Below, piece after piece: positions 40,934 through 50,322 of a DNA stretch of 64,000 nucleotides. The notes under the pieces are model-generated. The model saw nothing but the letters and a program-made list of their open reading frames with translations, made no database searches and was not told where the DNA came from. Within the stretch, counting starts at the first letter, position 1. Each line of letters opens with the position of its first letter. The stretch spans positions 54,018 to 118,017 of the forward strand of contig CALJPQ010000009.1 in NCBI GenBank assembly GCA_937980645.1. The letters run 5' to 3'. The position numbers were made by a program, and so were the translations under genes. This DNA comes from an uncultured Saprospiraceae bacterium (GTDB lineage Bacteria; Bacteroidota; Bacteroidia; Chitinophagales; Saprospiraceae).

Positions 40934-42205
40934 ATGAAAAAAACTTTGACCACCTCGTGCTGCATGGTGCTTTTTATGGCCATGACCCTGGCCCAAGGAA
41001 AGCGCGCCACCCTTTCTTTTCCCCGGATTACTCCTTCAGAGGCTTCGCGCTCTTTTGTTATCCCGCTGTCGGAGGTGAGTCCTTTTCTGGCCTGGTCGGT
41101 GGTCTGGCACGGTGAGGCTTCGGCTTTGCAAGTGCGCTTCTCGCCGGACGGGCGCCATTGGGAGGACAATTGGACGTCCGTGCAGCCAGATGCACATGCC
41201 GCTGCCGATATTGATGGGCGCCAGGTGAGCGCTCTGTCGTTCGAGGCTGCCCAGATGCACTACTTTCAGGTGCGCGTACGAGCAGAGGCGCGCGATGTAG
41301 TTTTTCACTTCTTCAGTCCGGGCGCTTCAAGGGCTGTTGCTCCCTCTGAAGAAACGGATTTACAGGCATGCCCCTGCCCCAAGCCGCCTTCCCTTAAGCG
41401 CTCGGACTGGTGCCCGGCGGACAATTGCCCACCGCATCCTAACCCGGTGTACACCACGGTAACCCATTTGATTGTGCACCATTCGGCCACCGCTAACACG
41501 GCCAACGACTGGGCTGCCGTGGTGCGCGCCATCTGGGATTTCCACGTCAACACCAACGGCTGGGCCGACATCGGCTACAACTGGCTCATTGACCCCAATG
41601 GCACCCTCTACGAAGGCCGCGGCGACAACGTTATCGGTGCCCACTTCTGCGGTGCCAACAGTGCCACCATGGGCGTTTGCATGATCGGCGACTACACCAA
41701 CCAAACCCCCACAACTGCCGCCACCAACCGCCTGCGCGACCTGCTGGCCTGGAAACTATGCGCCATTGGCGCTGGCCCGCTCGACAGCGCCCTGCATGTG
41801 CCCTCCGGACGGGTACTGCCCCGCATCAGCGGCCACCGCGACGGTTGCAGCACAGCCTGCCCGGGCAATGCCTTCTACCCTACACTGCCCAACGTACGCT
41901 CGGCAGTGGCCAACTACATCACGCAGGTGTGCAGCCCTATCCGCGTCCGCACGCCCCTCGCCGAAGCCTCGCTGTCGATATATCCTAACCCGGCCCGACA
42001 AACATTTTTCGTAAACTGTGTAGAACCCTCGGGAGCGTGGATCCATGTATTTTACCCAAACGGGCGCCCGGCGCTCGCTCCTCAATGGCTGCCCACCGAA
42101 GGGCGCTACGAGATCGCACTGGAGCGCTTGCCAGTGGGCATCTACTCTGTGCATTTGCTCGGCCCGGAAGGACAGACTAAAGGGACGATGTTGGTCAAGT
42201 GGTGA
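40934..42205 (+). CDS. N-acetylmuramoyl-L-alanine amidase (Amidase_2/PGRP fold) with T9SS C-terminal sorting domain
   Basis: Signal peptide; HLIVHHSAT...WDFHVNTNGWADIGYNWLIDPNGTLYEGRG...GAHFCGANS...MIGDY. C-terminal LSIYPNPARQTFFV...GIYSVHLLG...MLVKW is a Por/T9SS CTD pattern. Confidence 0.8.
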   Translation: MKKTLTTSCCMVLFMAMTLAQGKRATLSFPRITPSEASRSFVIPLSEVSPFLAWSVVWHGEASALQVRFSPDGRHWEDNWTSVQPDAHAAADIDGRQVSALSFEAAQMHYFQVRVRAEARDVVFHFFSPGASRAVAPSEETDLQACPCPKPPSLKRSDWCPADNCPPHPNPVYTTVTHLIVHHSATANTANDWAAVVRAIWDFHVNTNGWADIGYNWLIDPNGTLYEGRGDNVIGAHFCGANSATMGVCMIGDYTNQTPTTAATNRLRDLLAWKLCAIGAGPLDSALHVPSGRVLPRISGHRDGCSTACPGNAFYPTLPNVRSAVANYITQVCSPIRVRTPLAEASLSIYPNPARQTFFVNCVEPSGAWIHVFYPNGRPALAPQWLPTEGRYEIALERLPVGIYSVHLLGPEGQTKGTMLVKW

Positions 42206-42554
42206 GCTATCCTCGTCTCGACACGTCTGCTTAGACACATGCGGCAAATTCCCCCCAAAAAAATTCACTTTCCTCTTCCCGGAAGTTGAGACTCGCGCAC
42301 GGTTGACGACATTACTCTTTCAATTACGATGGCCCATTCGGCCACGCGGCTAATCAACACTTGGAAGCCTCCGCATATAATCCTTTTCGCCCGATCTTTC
42401 TGATGTGGAGTTTTGACTCCTCCGCCGCCCCACTCAGAAGACCCTTTGACCTTCGGCCCTGGGCAGCCAGATGAAAGCCATCTCCTTGAACCGCCTCAGA
42501 CCCCCCGCCAGTCTGGGCGGTTTTTGTTTGAAGAGCGCGGCACTGGGCGGGCAT

Positions 42555-43667
42555 TTACATATCGTAGGTGATCTCCACCTCGTCGGTTTCGGGATGCGCC
42601 TGGCAGGTGAGGCAGTAGCCGGCCTTGATCTCTTCGTCGTCTAAGGCGTAGCAGGCGTCCATGCGCACGCGACCTTTGAGGACTTTAGCCATGCAGGTGG
42701 AGCAGGCGCCGGCAGTGCAGGAATAGGGGACGTCGTATTTTTCTTTGACCAAGACGTCCAGTATGGTGGCTTTGGGCGGCACGGTCGTTTCGATACGCAC
42801 ACGGTTGAGGTGCACGACGAGGCGGGCGCCGCCATTGGCCTGGGTGGGCATTTCGACGAATTCGCCCGGCGTGTGGGTAGCGTTGATGAACAGCTCGGTG
42901 TGGATTTGCTTGTTGTCTATACCTCGGCTCAGCAGGGTGGCTTTCACGACATCGGCCATGTTGCCCGGCCCGCAGATGAAGTATTCGCAGTCGGCGGCGG
43001 GTGTGTGAGGTGGGTTTTCGTCTAAGAATTGCTCAACGACCAATCCCGTGATGCGGCCGGTGCGTCCATTCCAGTTCGTCGTATAGCGTTTGAAGAGGCC
43101 GAGGAAGTTGCCTGCTTCCACTTTTTTGGGTTGGCTCAGGATGTGCTCTACGTGCAGTTGGCCGGCGTAGCGCTGACTGAGGCGCTCCAGTTCGTCGCGG
43201 AAGATGATGTTTTCCTCATCGCGGCTGCCGTAGAGGAGGAAGATGGCGCTCATGGGTTCGGCCTCTAAGGCCGTTTTGAGGATGGACATCAGCGGGGTAA
43301 TGCCACTGCCGGCGCCGAAGAGGTAGAGCGTGCGCCGTCTGTCGGGGTCAAATTTTGTAATGAAACGCCCGTCGGGTGGGGCGACTTCGAGCGCATCACC
43401 TTCCCGGAGGGTGTCGTGCAGGTAAGTGGACATCTGGCCACCGGCCACTTTTTTTACCGTGATGGCTAAGCGTTTTTCCAAAGGGCTGGAAGACATGGAA
43501 TAGGCTCGGCGCACTTCGTGCCCATTGAAGGTATGACGCACCGTAACGTACTGGCCTGCCTGGTAGGCGAAGCGGTTACTCAGTTCGTCAGGGATATGAA
43601 ATTCGATGGTGCGCGTGTCGAGGGTTTCGGGTTGGGTACGCAAGACGGTCAACGGATAAAACTGCAT
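42555..43667 (-). CDS. PaaE/PaaK-like oxidoreductase (FNR-like FAD/NAD domains plus plant-type 2Fe-2S ferredoxin)
   Basis: RAYSMSS (FAD-binding motif), [10 protein letters not shown] (NAD-binding motif), C-terminal CTAGACSTC...C cluster ligands. Confidence 0.8.
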   Translation of the reverse strand: MQFYPLTVLRTQPETLDTRTIEFHIPDELSNRFAYQAGQYVTVRHTFNGHEVRRAYSMSSSPLEKRLAITVKKVAGGQMSTYLHDTLREGDALEVAPPDGRFITKFDPDRRRTLYLFGAGSGITPLMSILKTALEAEPMSAIFLLYGSRDEENIIFRDELERLSQRYAGQLHVEHILSQPKKVEAGNFLGLFKRYTTNWNGRTGRITGLVVEQFLDENPPHTPAADCEYFICGPGNMADVVKATLLSRGIDNKQIHTELFINATHTPGEFVEMPTQANGGARLVVHLNRVRIETTVPPKATILDVLVKEKYDVPYSCTAGACSTCMAKVLKGRVRMDACYALDDEEIKAGYCLTCQAHPETDEVEITYDM

Positions 43668-43742
43668 AGGTGTCGGGTCATCGTTAGAAAGTGTGGCCCC
43701 TCGTTCAACAGGTAGGTGGGGCGACGCATAAACCGATGAGAA

Positions 43743-46283
43743 TTAATCCGGTTCAAAGCCGAGGACGATATTGAAGCGTCCGAATTCCGTCCAGCGGGCG
43801 CCGCGGGCGATGAGGTCGGGTTTATCGAAGCCGAAGCCGTAGTCGAAGCCCAGCGTGCCGAACATAGGCAGGAACACGCGCAAGCCCAGACCGGCAGAGC
43901 GACGCAGGTCGAAGGGGTTGAATACGCGCGCATTGGCCCACGCATTACCACCCTGCAGAAAAGAGGTTACGAAAATAGTGCTCTGGGGGTTGAGTGAAAT
44001 GGGATAGCGCAGCTCTAAAGTGAATTTACTGAATACCCCTGCACCGCCCGGGAAGGGCTGCATGATGTCCTCTACGCCGTAGCCGCGCATGCTGATGATG
44101 CTGCGGCCAAAGAGGCCAAAGTTCTGGTTATTGAGGCCGTCGCCGCCCAGGTCGAAGCGCTCGAAGGGGCTGAGGCCGGTCTTCTTGGACCAGCGGCCCA
44201 GAATGCCCACTTTAGCCTGGGAGCGGAGCACGAGTTTACCTACTAAAGTAGTGTACCATTCAGCGTCGAAGCGCCAGCGCACGTATTCGACGTTTCGGTA
44301 GATTATGGCAGGGTCATCCTGCTGATAGAAGCTGGCATCGCGAAAAAAGGAGTAGGGCGGTGTGGCTTGCACGGAGACGGAAAACAGCGAGCCGCCGCGG
44401 GGGAAAATGGGGTCATTGATGCTGTTGCGCGCCAGCGTGAGGTTGAGGTTAAAGTTGTTGTACTTGCCGTTGCCCAGGATGCGGCCGAACTCGTCGCGGA
44501 AGTTGGTCCAGTTGATGAGGTCATAGGTCTGCATTTCTAAGCCGGCACGGAATACGAAATTGTCGTCGGGGAATTTGAGGCGCGTACCGAAGTTGACAGC
44601 GCCGCGCAGAATACCCAGCCGGCTATAGCTCGAGGTTCCCTCGAAGCCCGAGGCGAAGCGGTTGGCCACGCCAGCGACGGTGAGCGAGTTGGGCTTGCGG
44701 CCGCCTAACCAGGGTTCAGTGAAGGAGAAGTTGTAGGATTGGAAGTTTGGCCCCGACGTCTGGCCGCGCAGGCTGAGGCGCTGGCCATCGCCCTGGGGCA
44801 GTGGGTTCCAGGCTTCGCGGTTGCGGATGTTGCGCAGCGAGAAGTTGTTGAACGTAACACCCAGCGTACCGATGACACCGCCTAAGCCAAAGGCCGTGCG
44901 GGGCTGGTAGCCGGCGCTCAGCTCGAGCTGGTCGGAGGGCTTTTCCTCTAAGGTGTACTCGATATCCACCGTGCCCCGATCGGGGTTGACGGGCGTGTTG
45001 ATCCCCAGGGATTCGGGGTTAAAGTAGCCGAGGTTGACGATTTCGCGCTGCGAGCGGATGATGTCGGAGCGGCTGAACTTGTCGCCCGGCCGCGTGAAAA
45101 GTTCGCGTCGGATGACGTGCTCGTGGGTGCGATCGTTGCCCTTAATGACGACGCGGTCAATGGTGGCCTGCGGCCCTTCGAAGATGCGGATTTCTAAATC
45201 TACGGAGTCGTTTTCGATAGCCGTCTCAATGGGGTCGGCGCGGAAGAACAGGTAGCCGTTGTCTAGGTAGAGCGACGACACATCGCGCCCGTCCTGACTG
45301 AAACTGAGGCGGTTGTTGAGCAGTTCCTGGTTGTACACGTGGCCCTTAGAGATGCCGAGCACTTGCTGGAGGACGCGCGTTTCATAAATGGTGTTGCCCT
45401 TCCACGTAATGTCGCGGAAGTAGTAGCGCCGGCCTTCGTTTATCGTCAGCTCGATCATCAGGTCGCCCTTAGGCGTACGCCACACGGAGTCGCGCACCAC
45501 GCGGGCGTCGCGGAAGCCTAGGGTGTTGTAGTAGGCTTCTATGGCGCGCTTGTCTTCTTCGTAGTCTTTCTCGACGAGTTTGGACTTTTTGAAAATCCGG
45601 CTTTTGCGCGCCGTGTTTTTCATCTTTCGGCGCAGCTTGCTGACTTTGACCTGCTGAACGCCAACGAAGCGAATGTCCTGAATTTTGACGCGCTTGCCCG
45701 GGTTGATGATCACTTCCATTTTGACGCCGTTGACGGAGCGCTCGTCGGGGGTGGTTTTGATGCTGACATTAGCATCCAGGTAGCCCTTGTCGGCGTAGTA
45801 GTTTTTGATGCCGTTGATGACCGAGACGCGCGCGTTTTCCGTCAGAATGGCACCGCGCTGCAGATAGCGGTTGATAACGTTATTGAGGTCTTCGTGCTTG
45901 CTTTTCTTGACGCCGGAGAAGGAGTGGCGTGTGTAGCGCGGCAATTCCTTGACAACGATTTCCAAAAAAACCTCGTCGCCTTGCTGGCGTTCCTGGACGA
46001 TTTGCACGTCAGTGAAGAGGCGCAGGTTCCACAGCGCCTGCACGGCGCGAGTGATGAGCGGGCCAGGGATGCGAATCTGTTCGCCGACACGCAGACCCGA
46101 AATGGCAATAAGTGCTTGAGCATCGGTGTATTGGGCACCGCTGACGCGCACGCCGCTAATCTTGTACTCTTGCGCTTTTTCATAAGGGAACAGCGGCAAT
46201 TGGGCGGTATCGGTAGAAATAGTGCTTTGAGCGGTCAGACCATTCAAAGCCAGCAAAAGCAGGCCGAGGATAGGCAGTTTCAT
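43743..46283 (-). CDS. bamA: Outer membrane protein assembly factor BamA
   Basis: Signal peptide MKLPILGLLLLALNGLTAQ, POTRA repeats and a C-terminal beta-barrel ending ...FNIVLGFEPD. Start placed at the ATG at 46283; the track extension reads through the upstream gene's stop region. Confidence 0.9.
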   Translation of the reverse strand: MKLPILGLLLLALNGLTAQSTISTDTAQLPLFPYEKAQEYKISGVRVSGAQYTDAQALIAISGLRVGEQIRIPGPLITRAVQALWNLRLFTDVQIVQERQQGDEVFLEIVVKELPRYTRHSFSGVKKSKHEDLNNVINRYLQRGAILTENARVSVINGIKNYYADKGYLDANVSIKTTPDERSVNGVKMEVIINPGKRVKIQDIRFVGVQQVKVSKLRRKMKNTARKSRIFKKSKLVEKDYEEDKRAIEAYYNTLGFRDARVVRDSVWRTPKGDLMIELTINEGRRYYFRDITWKGNTIYETRVLQQVLGISKGHVYNQELLNNRLSFSQDGRDVSSLYLDNGYLFFRADPIETAIENDSVDLEIRIFEGPQATIDRVVIKGNDRTHEHVIRRELFTRPGDKFSRSDIIRSQREIVNLGYFNPESLGINTPVNPDRGTVDIEYTLEEKPSDQLELSAGYQPRTAFGLGGVIGTLGVTFNNFSLRNIRNREAWNPLPQGDGQRLSLRGQTSGPNFQSYNFSFTEPWLGGRKPNSLTVAGVANRFASGFEGTSSYSRLGILRGAVNFGTRLKFPDDNFVFRAGLEMQTYDLINWTNFRDEFGRILGNGKYNNFNLNLTLARNSINDPIFPRGGSLFSVSVQATPPYSFFRDASFYQQDDPAIIYRNVEYVRWRFDAEWYTTLVGKLVLRSQAKVGILGRWSKKTGLSPFERFDLGGDGLNNQNFGLFGRSIISMRGYGVEDIMQPFPGGAGVFSKFTLELRYPISLNPQSTIFVTSFLQGGNAWANARVFNPFDLRRSAGLGLRVFLPMFGTLGFDYGFGFDKPDLIARGARWTEFGRFNIVLGFEPD

Positions 46284-46336
46284 GGATACAATAGATGTGG
46301 GCAAGTGGATGGGCTTTGTGGGTGCAAGCGTTTGGA

Positions 46337-47725
46337 TTACGGTTTGTGGGCCAGGGAGAGGATTTCTTCCAGGTTTGGGCATTGCTGGAAAAGCGGGTCA
46401 ATGAATAAGTGCGTTTTGCGCAGCCGCCGGAGCATCCATTGCTCGATGTACTCATTCTTTTTCTGCTCTAAAGCAGCTGCCTGGATCTTGTTGTAATCCT
46501 GACGAAGGTCGGCCTTGTGAGGTTTGCTGCGGCTTTCCAAAAGAATGAGCCGGTAATAGCGCGACCCGTCGGGAGCACGGAAGGGTGTGGGTTTTGAGAT
46601 GTCGCCTACCTTTAGTTCGTCAATGGCGAAGAAGATGTTGGTGTCTAAGTCGCCCACTTCGAAGAAGGTATTGCCTGTGCGCGGATTGGCTACGCGGCCG
46701 TCGTTGTTGTAGCTGGCTGTGTTTTTGTCGCCATAGATCTTGACAGCATCGCTGAAGCTGAGTTTACCCGATACGATGAGGCCTCGAATAGAGTCCAATT
46801 TGGCGGCGGCTTTTTCCAAATCCTCTTCCGTGATTTCCGGTTTAACGAGGATATGACGCGCGTGGATGAGGTTGCCACGGCGCTCGATGAGCTGGATGAT
46901 GTGAAAACCGAACTCGGTTTCGACCACAGGGCTTATCTGGCCGGGTTCGAGTTTATAGACGGCGGCCTCAAACTCGGGCACGAAAACACCGCGTTTTTGC
47001 CAGCCTAAGTCGCCGCCCTGCGTGCCGCTGCCGGGGTCGTCGCTGTATTTTTTGGCTAATTCGGCAAAGCTTTCGCCTTTATCCACGATGCGCTGGCGTA
47101 GTTGCTCCACTTGGGCGCGTGCTTTGGCTTTTTCTTCGTCGTTGACGGGCGGCTTGTACACCAGCTCGCGGATTTCCACTTCGGCACTGAAAAAGGGCAG
47201 CGAGTCGGTCGGTATTTCATTAAAAAAAGCCTGCACCTCGGCAGGCGTGATGGTGATCTTTTTGGTGATTTCCTGCTGCATGCGTTCGGCCAGCATTTGG
47301 TCGCGCATGTCGTTGCGCATCTGGTCTTTGATTTGGGCTACCGTCTGGCCGTAATACTCTTCGATGGCCTTGTCGTCCTGGTTAAAGTAGGAGCGCAGGC
47401 GCTCAATGCGCGCATCGAGCTGGTTTTCGACCTCCTCGTCTTTGACGAGCACAGAGTCTATTTTGGCCTGGTGCACCAGCAGTTTTTGCACTAAGAGGTT
47501 TTGCAGGACGATGCAGCCATAGTCAGGGCCGATTTTAGGGTTTTGCTGGCGCGCGTAGGCGACCTGTTCCTGCACTTCGCTCAGTAGGATCACTTCGCCG
47601 CCAACTGTGGCGACGACCTTGTCAATGAGCAGACGGTCGTTTTGAGCCGCTACTGATAGGGCGAAGGCGATGCTGTATAGAAGGGCGAGGAGGGTGTTTG
47701 GGCGCAATAGGAAAAGCTTTAGCAT
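46337..47725 (-). CDS. SurA-like periplasmic chaperone / PpiC-type peptidyl-prolyl isomerase
   Basis: Signal peptide MLKLFLLRPNTLLALLYSIAFALSVAAQ and parvulin domain FAELAKKYSDDPGSGTQGGDLGWQKRGVFVPEFE...GFHIIQL. Start placed at the ATG at 47725. Confidence 0.85.
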   Translation of the reverse strand: MLKLFLLRPNTLLALLYSIAFALSVAAQNDRLLIDKVVATVGGEVILLSEVQEQVAYARQQNPKIGPDYGCIVLQNLLVQKLLVHQAKIDSVLVKDEEVENQLDARIERLRSYFNQDDKAIEEYYGQTVAQIKDQMRNDMRDQMLAERMQQEITKKITITPAEVQAFFNEIPTDSLPFFSAEVEIRELVYKPPVNDEEKAKARAQVEQLRQRIVDKGESFAELAKKYSDDPGSGTQGGDLGWQKRGVFVPEFEAAVYKLEPGQISPVVETEFGFHIIQLIERRGNLIHARHILVKPEITEEDLEKAAAKLDSIRGLIVSGKLSFSDAVKIYGDKNTASYNNDGRVANPRTGNTFFEVGDLDTNIFFAIDELKVGDISKPTPFRAPDGSRYYRLILLESRSKPHKADLRQDYNKIQAAALEQKKNEYIEQWMLRRLRKTHLFIDPLFQQCPNLEEILSLAHKP

Positions 47726-47849
47726 GGATGTTGGACGCACAGTTATTGGGCATACAGACGAGGCGTTATGCCTGAGTGTTGGTGGGTAGTATCGGGTTGT
47801 CTGAGGGCGGATAAATTTTTGGCCGTGTGCTGGCTGCGAGCGTTTCTGT

Positions 47850-48704
47850 TCATTGGTTAATCCAGATGTTTTGGCGTCGCAGTTCTTGCTGGTACAGGTC
47901 TTCTTTCCATCGTTCGATGAGCTCTTGTTTTCGCTTGTGCAGCAGGATAGCCCTGGCCTGTTCGCGCGCGTACTCGAAGGGGGCTGTTTCCTTGCCGCGC
48001 ACCACCTCGAGTACGCGATAATAGTAGCGGAAGTCGCCATCGCTCAAGGTGCCTTCGCGGCGCGGGGCCACGTTTTCGGAGGTCAATGTGCCGCGTGGTA
48101 ATAAGGCCGACACCTCCTCTAGCCGATGCCAGCGATCGGTGTCGAGCAGTGCTTCTTTTGCCCATTGCTTCGAGAGCGCGCGCAGCCGTTCGGCGTCAGC
48201 GGGGTTCTTGCTGTACCACAGGCGGTTAAACTCGCCCTGCGGCGCTTTGTAGGGTATCACAATCAGCTGGCATTTCAGGATGGTGTTCTCCAGCTGAAAC
48301 TGGTCTTTGTTGTGCTCGTAAAAGTCGCGCAGGTCATTTTCCGATACGAGACTATCCAACTTTTCAGCGATGATTTGCTCCTCGAAGTTAAAGCGCACCA
48401 GGCTAGCCCGGTAGTCGCGCACTAGTTTGTCAATGTTGAGGTCTTTGGGGATGTTGCGCTCGGCTTCGTACATGAGCAGCTGGTCGCGTACCCAGCGCTG
48501 TACGTGCGCTCGTACTAACAGGACGCTGTCGTCCGGCGAGGTTCCGGGCGGCACGATGCCTTCCAGTTCCGACAGGTAAAGGCTTTTATTATATACCTTG
48601 GCCAGCAGCACATCGCCCTCGCGGGCGTTGGCGTCCGGAGAGGCGCATTCCCACAGCCATAGCGCCAGGCAAGCAAAAAGGGTCAGCCGGAAGAGGATCG
48701 TCAT
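47850..48704 (-). CDS. Hypothetical exported protein, SurA N-terminal-like chaperone domain
   Basis: 284 aa with a signal/lipoprotein-like N-terminus MTILFRLTLFACLALWLWEC. Helical composition and its position upstream of surA-like/bamA. Confidence 0.5.
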   Translation of the reverse strand: MTILFRLTLFACLALWLWECASPDANAREGDVLLAKVYNKSLYLSELEGIVPPGTSPDDSVLLVRAHVQRWVRDQLLMYEAERNIPKDLNIDKLVRDYRASLVRFNFEEQIIAEKLDSLVSENDLRDFYEHNKDQFQLENTILKCQLIVIPYKAPQGEFNRLWYSKNPADAERLRALSKQWAKEALLDTDRWHRLEEVSALLPRGTLTSENVAPRREGTLSDGDFRYYYRVLEVVRGKETAPFEYAREQARAILLHKRKQELIERWKEDLYQQELRRQNIWINQ

Positions 48705-48745
48705 AAAAAAGCGTTTCCGGGCGCCAGAGGGAAGCCCGGAAACGC
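48705..48745 (-). terminator. Rho-independent terminator (perfect 12-bp stem plus T6 on the minus strand)
   Basis: gcgtttccgggc (48711-48722) pairs perfectly with gcccggaaacgc (48734-48745), with an 11-nt loop. aaaaaa at 48705-48710 is the T-run on the minus strand. About 70 nt downstream of the DUF4783 gene stop. Confidence 0.65.
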
Positions 48746-48814
48746 GGCAAAATTAGACCGAATCCCGAAAAATGCCGTAGGGTCTTTCAAACGGATTGGG
48801 CAAACGGGCCTCTG

Positions 48815-49207
48815 TCAGTCGCGGTCGAAGCGCAGCTCTTGCACCACTGCGCTGCTGCCCGTTACTTTCAGGTAGATGTACACACGGAAGGCGCCATTGG
48901 CCGTTACCAAGTTGCCGATGCAGTACTGGTCGTTGCTGCCGCGGCTGGCGCCTTGGTGCACCTGGTTGAAGGAACGCGGGCGGTTGGTACTGAAAAAGCC
49001 ACGCAGCAACTCCACTGCTTTGGCTTTCGAGCACGTCTGCTCCTTTTCCAAAATAGACAGGTCCACATTATCAGCCAGGTGGCGTGCTAGGGCATCGGCA
49101 TCACCCGCGCTTAAGGCGCGAGCCACGGCCTCGAGTACCGGGTTGTTCTGAGCAGCAGCGATTGTGGTCAAGGGGAATAAGAACAGCACCAAAAGCAGAT
49201 TTTTCAT
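48815..49207 (-). CDS. DUF4783-like exported protein
   Basis: Signal peptide MKNLLLVLFLFPLTTIAAAQ. Length of about 130 aa and the block LSAGDADALARHLADNVDLSIL...FRVYIYL fit the Bacteroidota DUF4783 family as I recall it. Start placed at the ATG at 49207. Confidence 0.55.
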   Translation of the reverse strand: MKNLLLVLFLFPLTTIAAAQNNPVLEAVARALSAGDADALARHLADNVDLSILEKEQTCSKAKAVELLRGFFSTNRPRSFNQVHQGASRGSNDQYCIGNLVTANGAFRVYIYLKVTGSSAVVQELRFDRD

Positions 49208-49406
49208 GGCAGTTGAACAAGATGAAAAGGGTGGTGTCAAAATCGGTATTGATACGAAGGGATGCTGGCAAGGAAACTGCCAAAACGGTCGCGTTAGTGT
49301 TAATAGATACCAAAAAAAGATGCCAAAATCTAACAACAGCGACCGCAGAGCCGTCTTTTTGTGCTTTTCGTCGAAAAAAAGGAGAAGCCACTGTCTAAGA
49401 GCGCCT

Positions 49407-50192
49407 TCAAAGGCTTTTCGTGCGCCCGCCGTCTACCGGCAGGTTGATGCCGTTGATGTAAGCGGCTGCCGGGCTGGCCAGAAAGGCTACGGCAGCCGCC
49501 ACCTCCTCCGGCTCGGCAAAGCGCCCCAGCGGTACCTGGCGCCGAAACTCCTCCTCCAGCGCAGCCACCGGCACGCCTGCTGCGGTGGCCCGCTTCTCGA
49601 TGAGGTCGTACAGCCGCCCGGTGCGTGTGAAGCCGGGCAATACGTTATTGACCGTGATGCCCCACTGCCCTACCTCGCCGGCCAGCGTCTTGGCCCAGGC
49701 GGCCACGGCCCAGCGCGTCGTATTTGATACGCCCAGATTTTCGATAGGCTCCTTGACCGACGTGCTGATGATGTTGATGATGCGCCCGTAGCCCGCTGCC
49801 TGCATGCCCGGCAGCATGGCCTGCGCCAGCAAGTGATTGCACAACAGATGGTTGTGGTAGGCTTTTAAAAACTCCTCCGGCCGCGCATTAAGGATAGGCC
49901 CGCCCGGAGGGCCGCCCGTATTGTTGATGAGAATATGAATGGGCTGCTTCTCGAGCAAGGCCCATACCTGCTTCAGCAAATGTTGGCTATCACTGAAGTC
50001 GGCCACCAAATAGCTGTGCTGCTGTCCCTGCGAAACGTCTAAACGCTGAAGTGTCTGCTGAAGGGCGCTTTCTGTACGCGCCACCAACGTAACGTTGGCG
50101 CCCAAGGCTGCCAGCTCTATGGCTACGGCCTGTCCAATGCCCGCACTCGAGCCGCCTACAAAGGCATTTTTGTTTGAAAGAGAAATGTCCAT
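49407..50192 (-). CDS. SDR family oxidoreductase (FabG-like)
   Basis: 261 aa with FVGGSSAGIGQAVA (TGxxxGxG-type motif), NNTG and a catalytic S...Y...K-like spacing. Confidence 0.85.
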   Translation of the reverse strand: MDISLSNKNAFVGGSSAGIGQAVAIELAALGANVTLVARTESALQQTLQRLDVSQGQQHSYLVADFSDSQHLLKQVWALLEKQPIHILINNTGGPPGGPILNARPEEFLKAYHNHLLCNHLLAQAMLPGMQAAGYGRIINIISTSVKEPIENLGVSNTTRWAVAAWAKTLAGEVGQWGITVNNVLPGFTRTGRLYDLIEKRATAAGVPVAALEEEFRRQVPLGRFAEPEEVAAAVAFLASPAAAYINGINLPVDGGRTKSL

Positions 50193-50322
50193 CGTTCAGA
50201 GTAAATCGTGCCGTCGGCGCGCACACCAACGCGCGGTGAAAGGAGGAGGCAAAGAACGAAAAGAGGCAGCGAATTTCACTGCCGAGCATTTGAATACAGA
50301 AAACTCTGTGTGCCCTTGCATG

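Noticed and set aside
42354-42554. 66-aa minus-strand ORF between the amidase and PaaE-like genes.
   Set aside because: It is Gly/Ala/Lys/Gln-rich with no motif, and it overlaps the hairpin/terminator-like elements. Likely non-coding.
46337-48040. N-terminal extensions of track ORFs: 46337-48040, 43743-46382, 48815-49336, 60591-61661, 63304-63993, 28399-30003, 30013-31407, 34154-35209, 35220-37007, 40136-40864.
   Set aside because: The extensions read through intergenic DNA or overlap the neighbouring gene. Internal ATGs give canonical N-termini such as signal peptides, Rossmann motifs and family-typical starts. Coordinates were trimmed accordingly.
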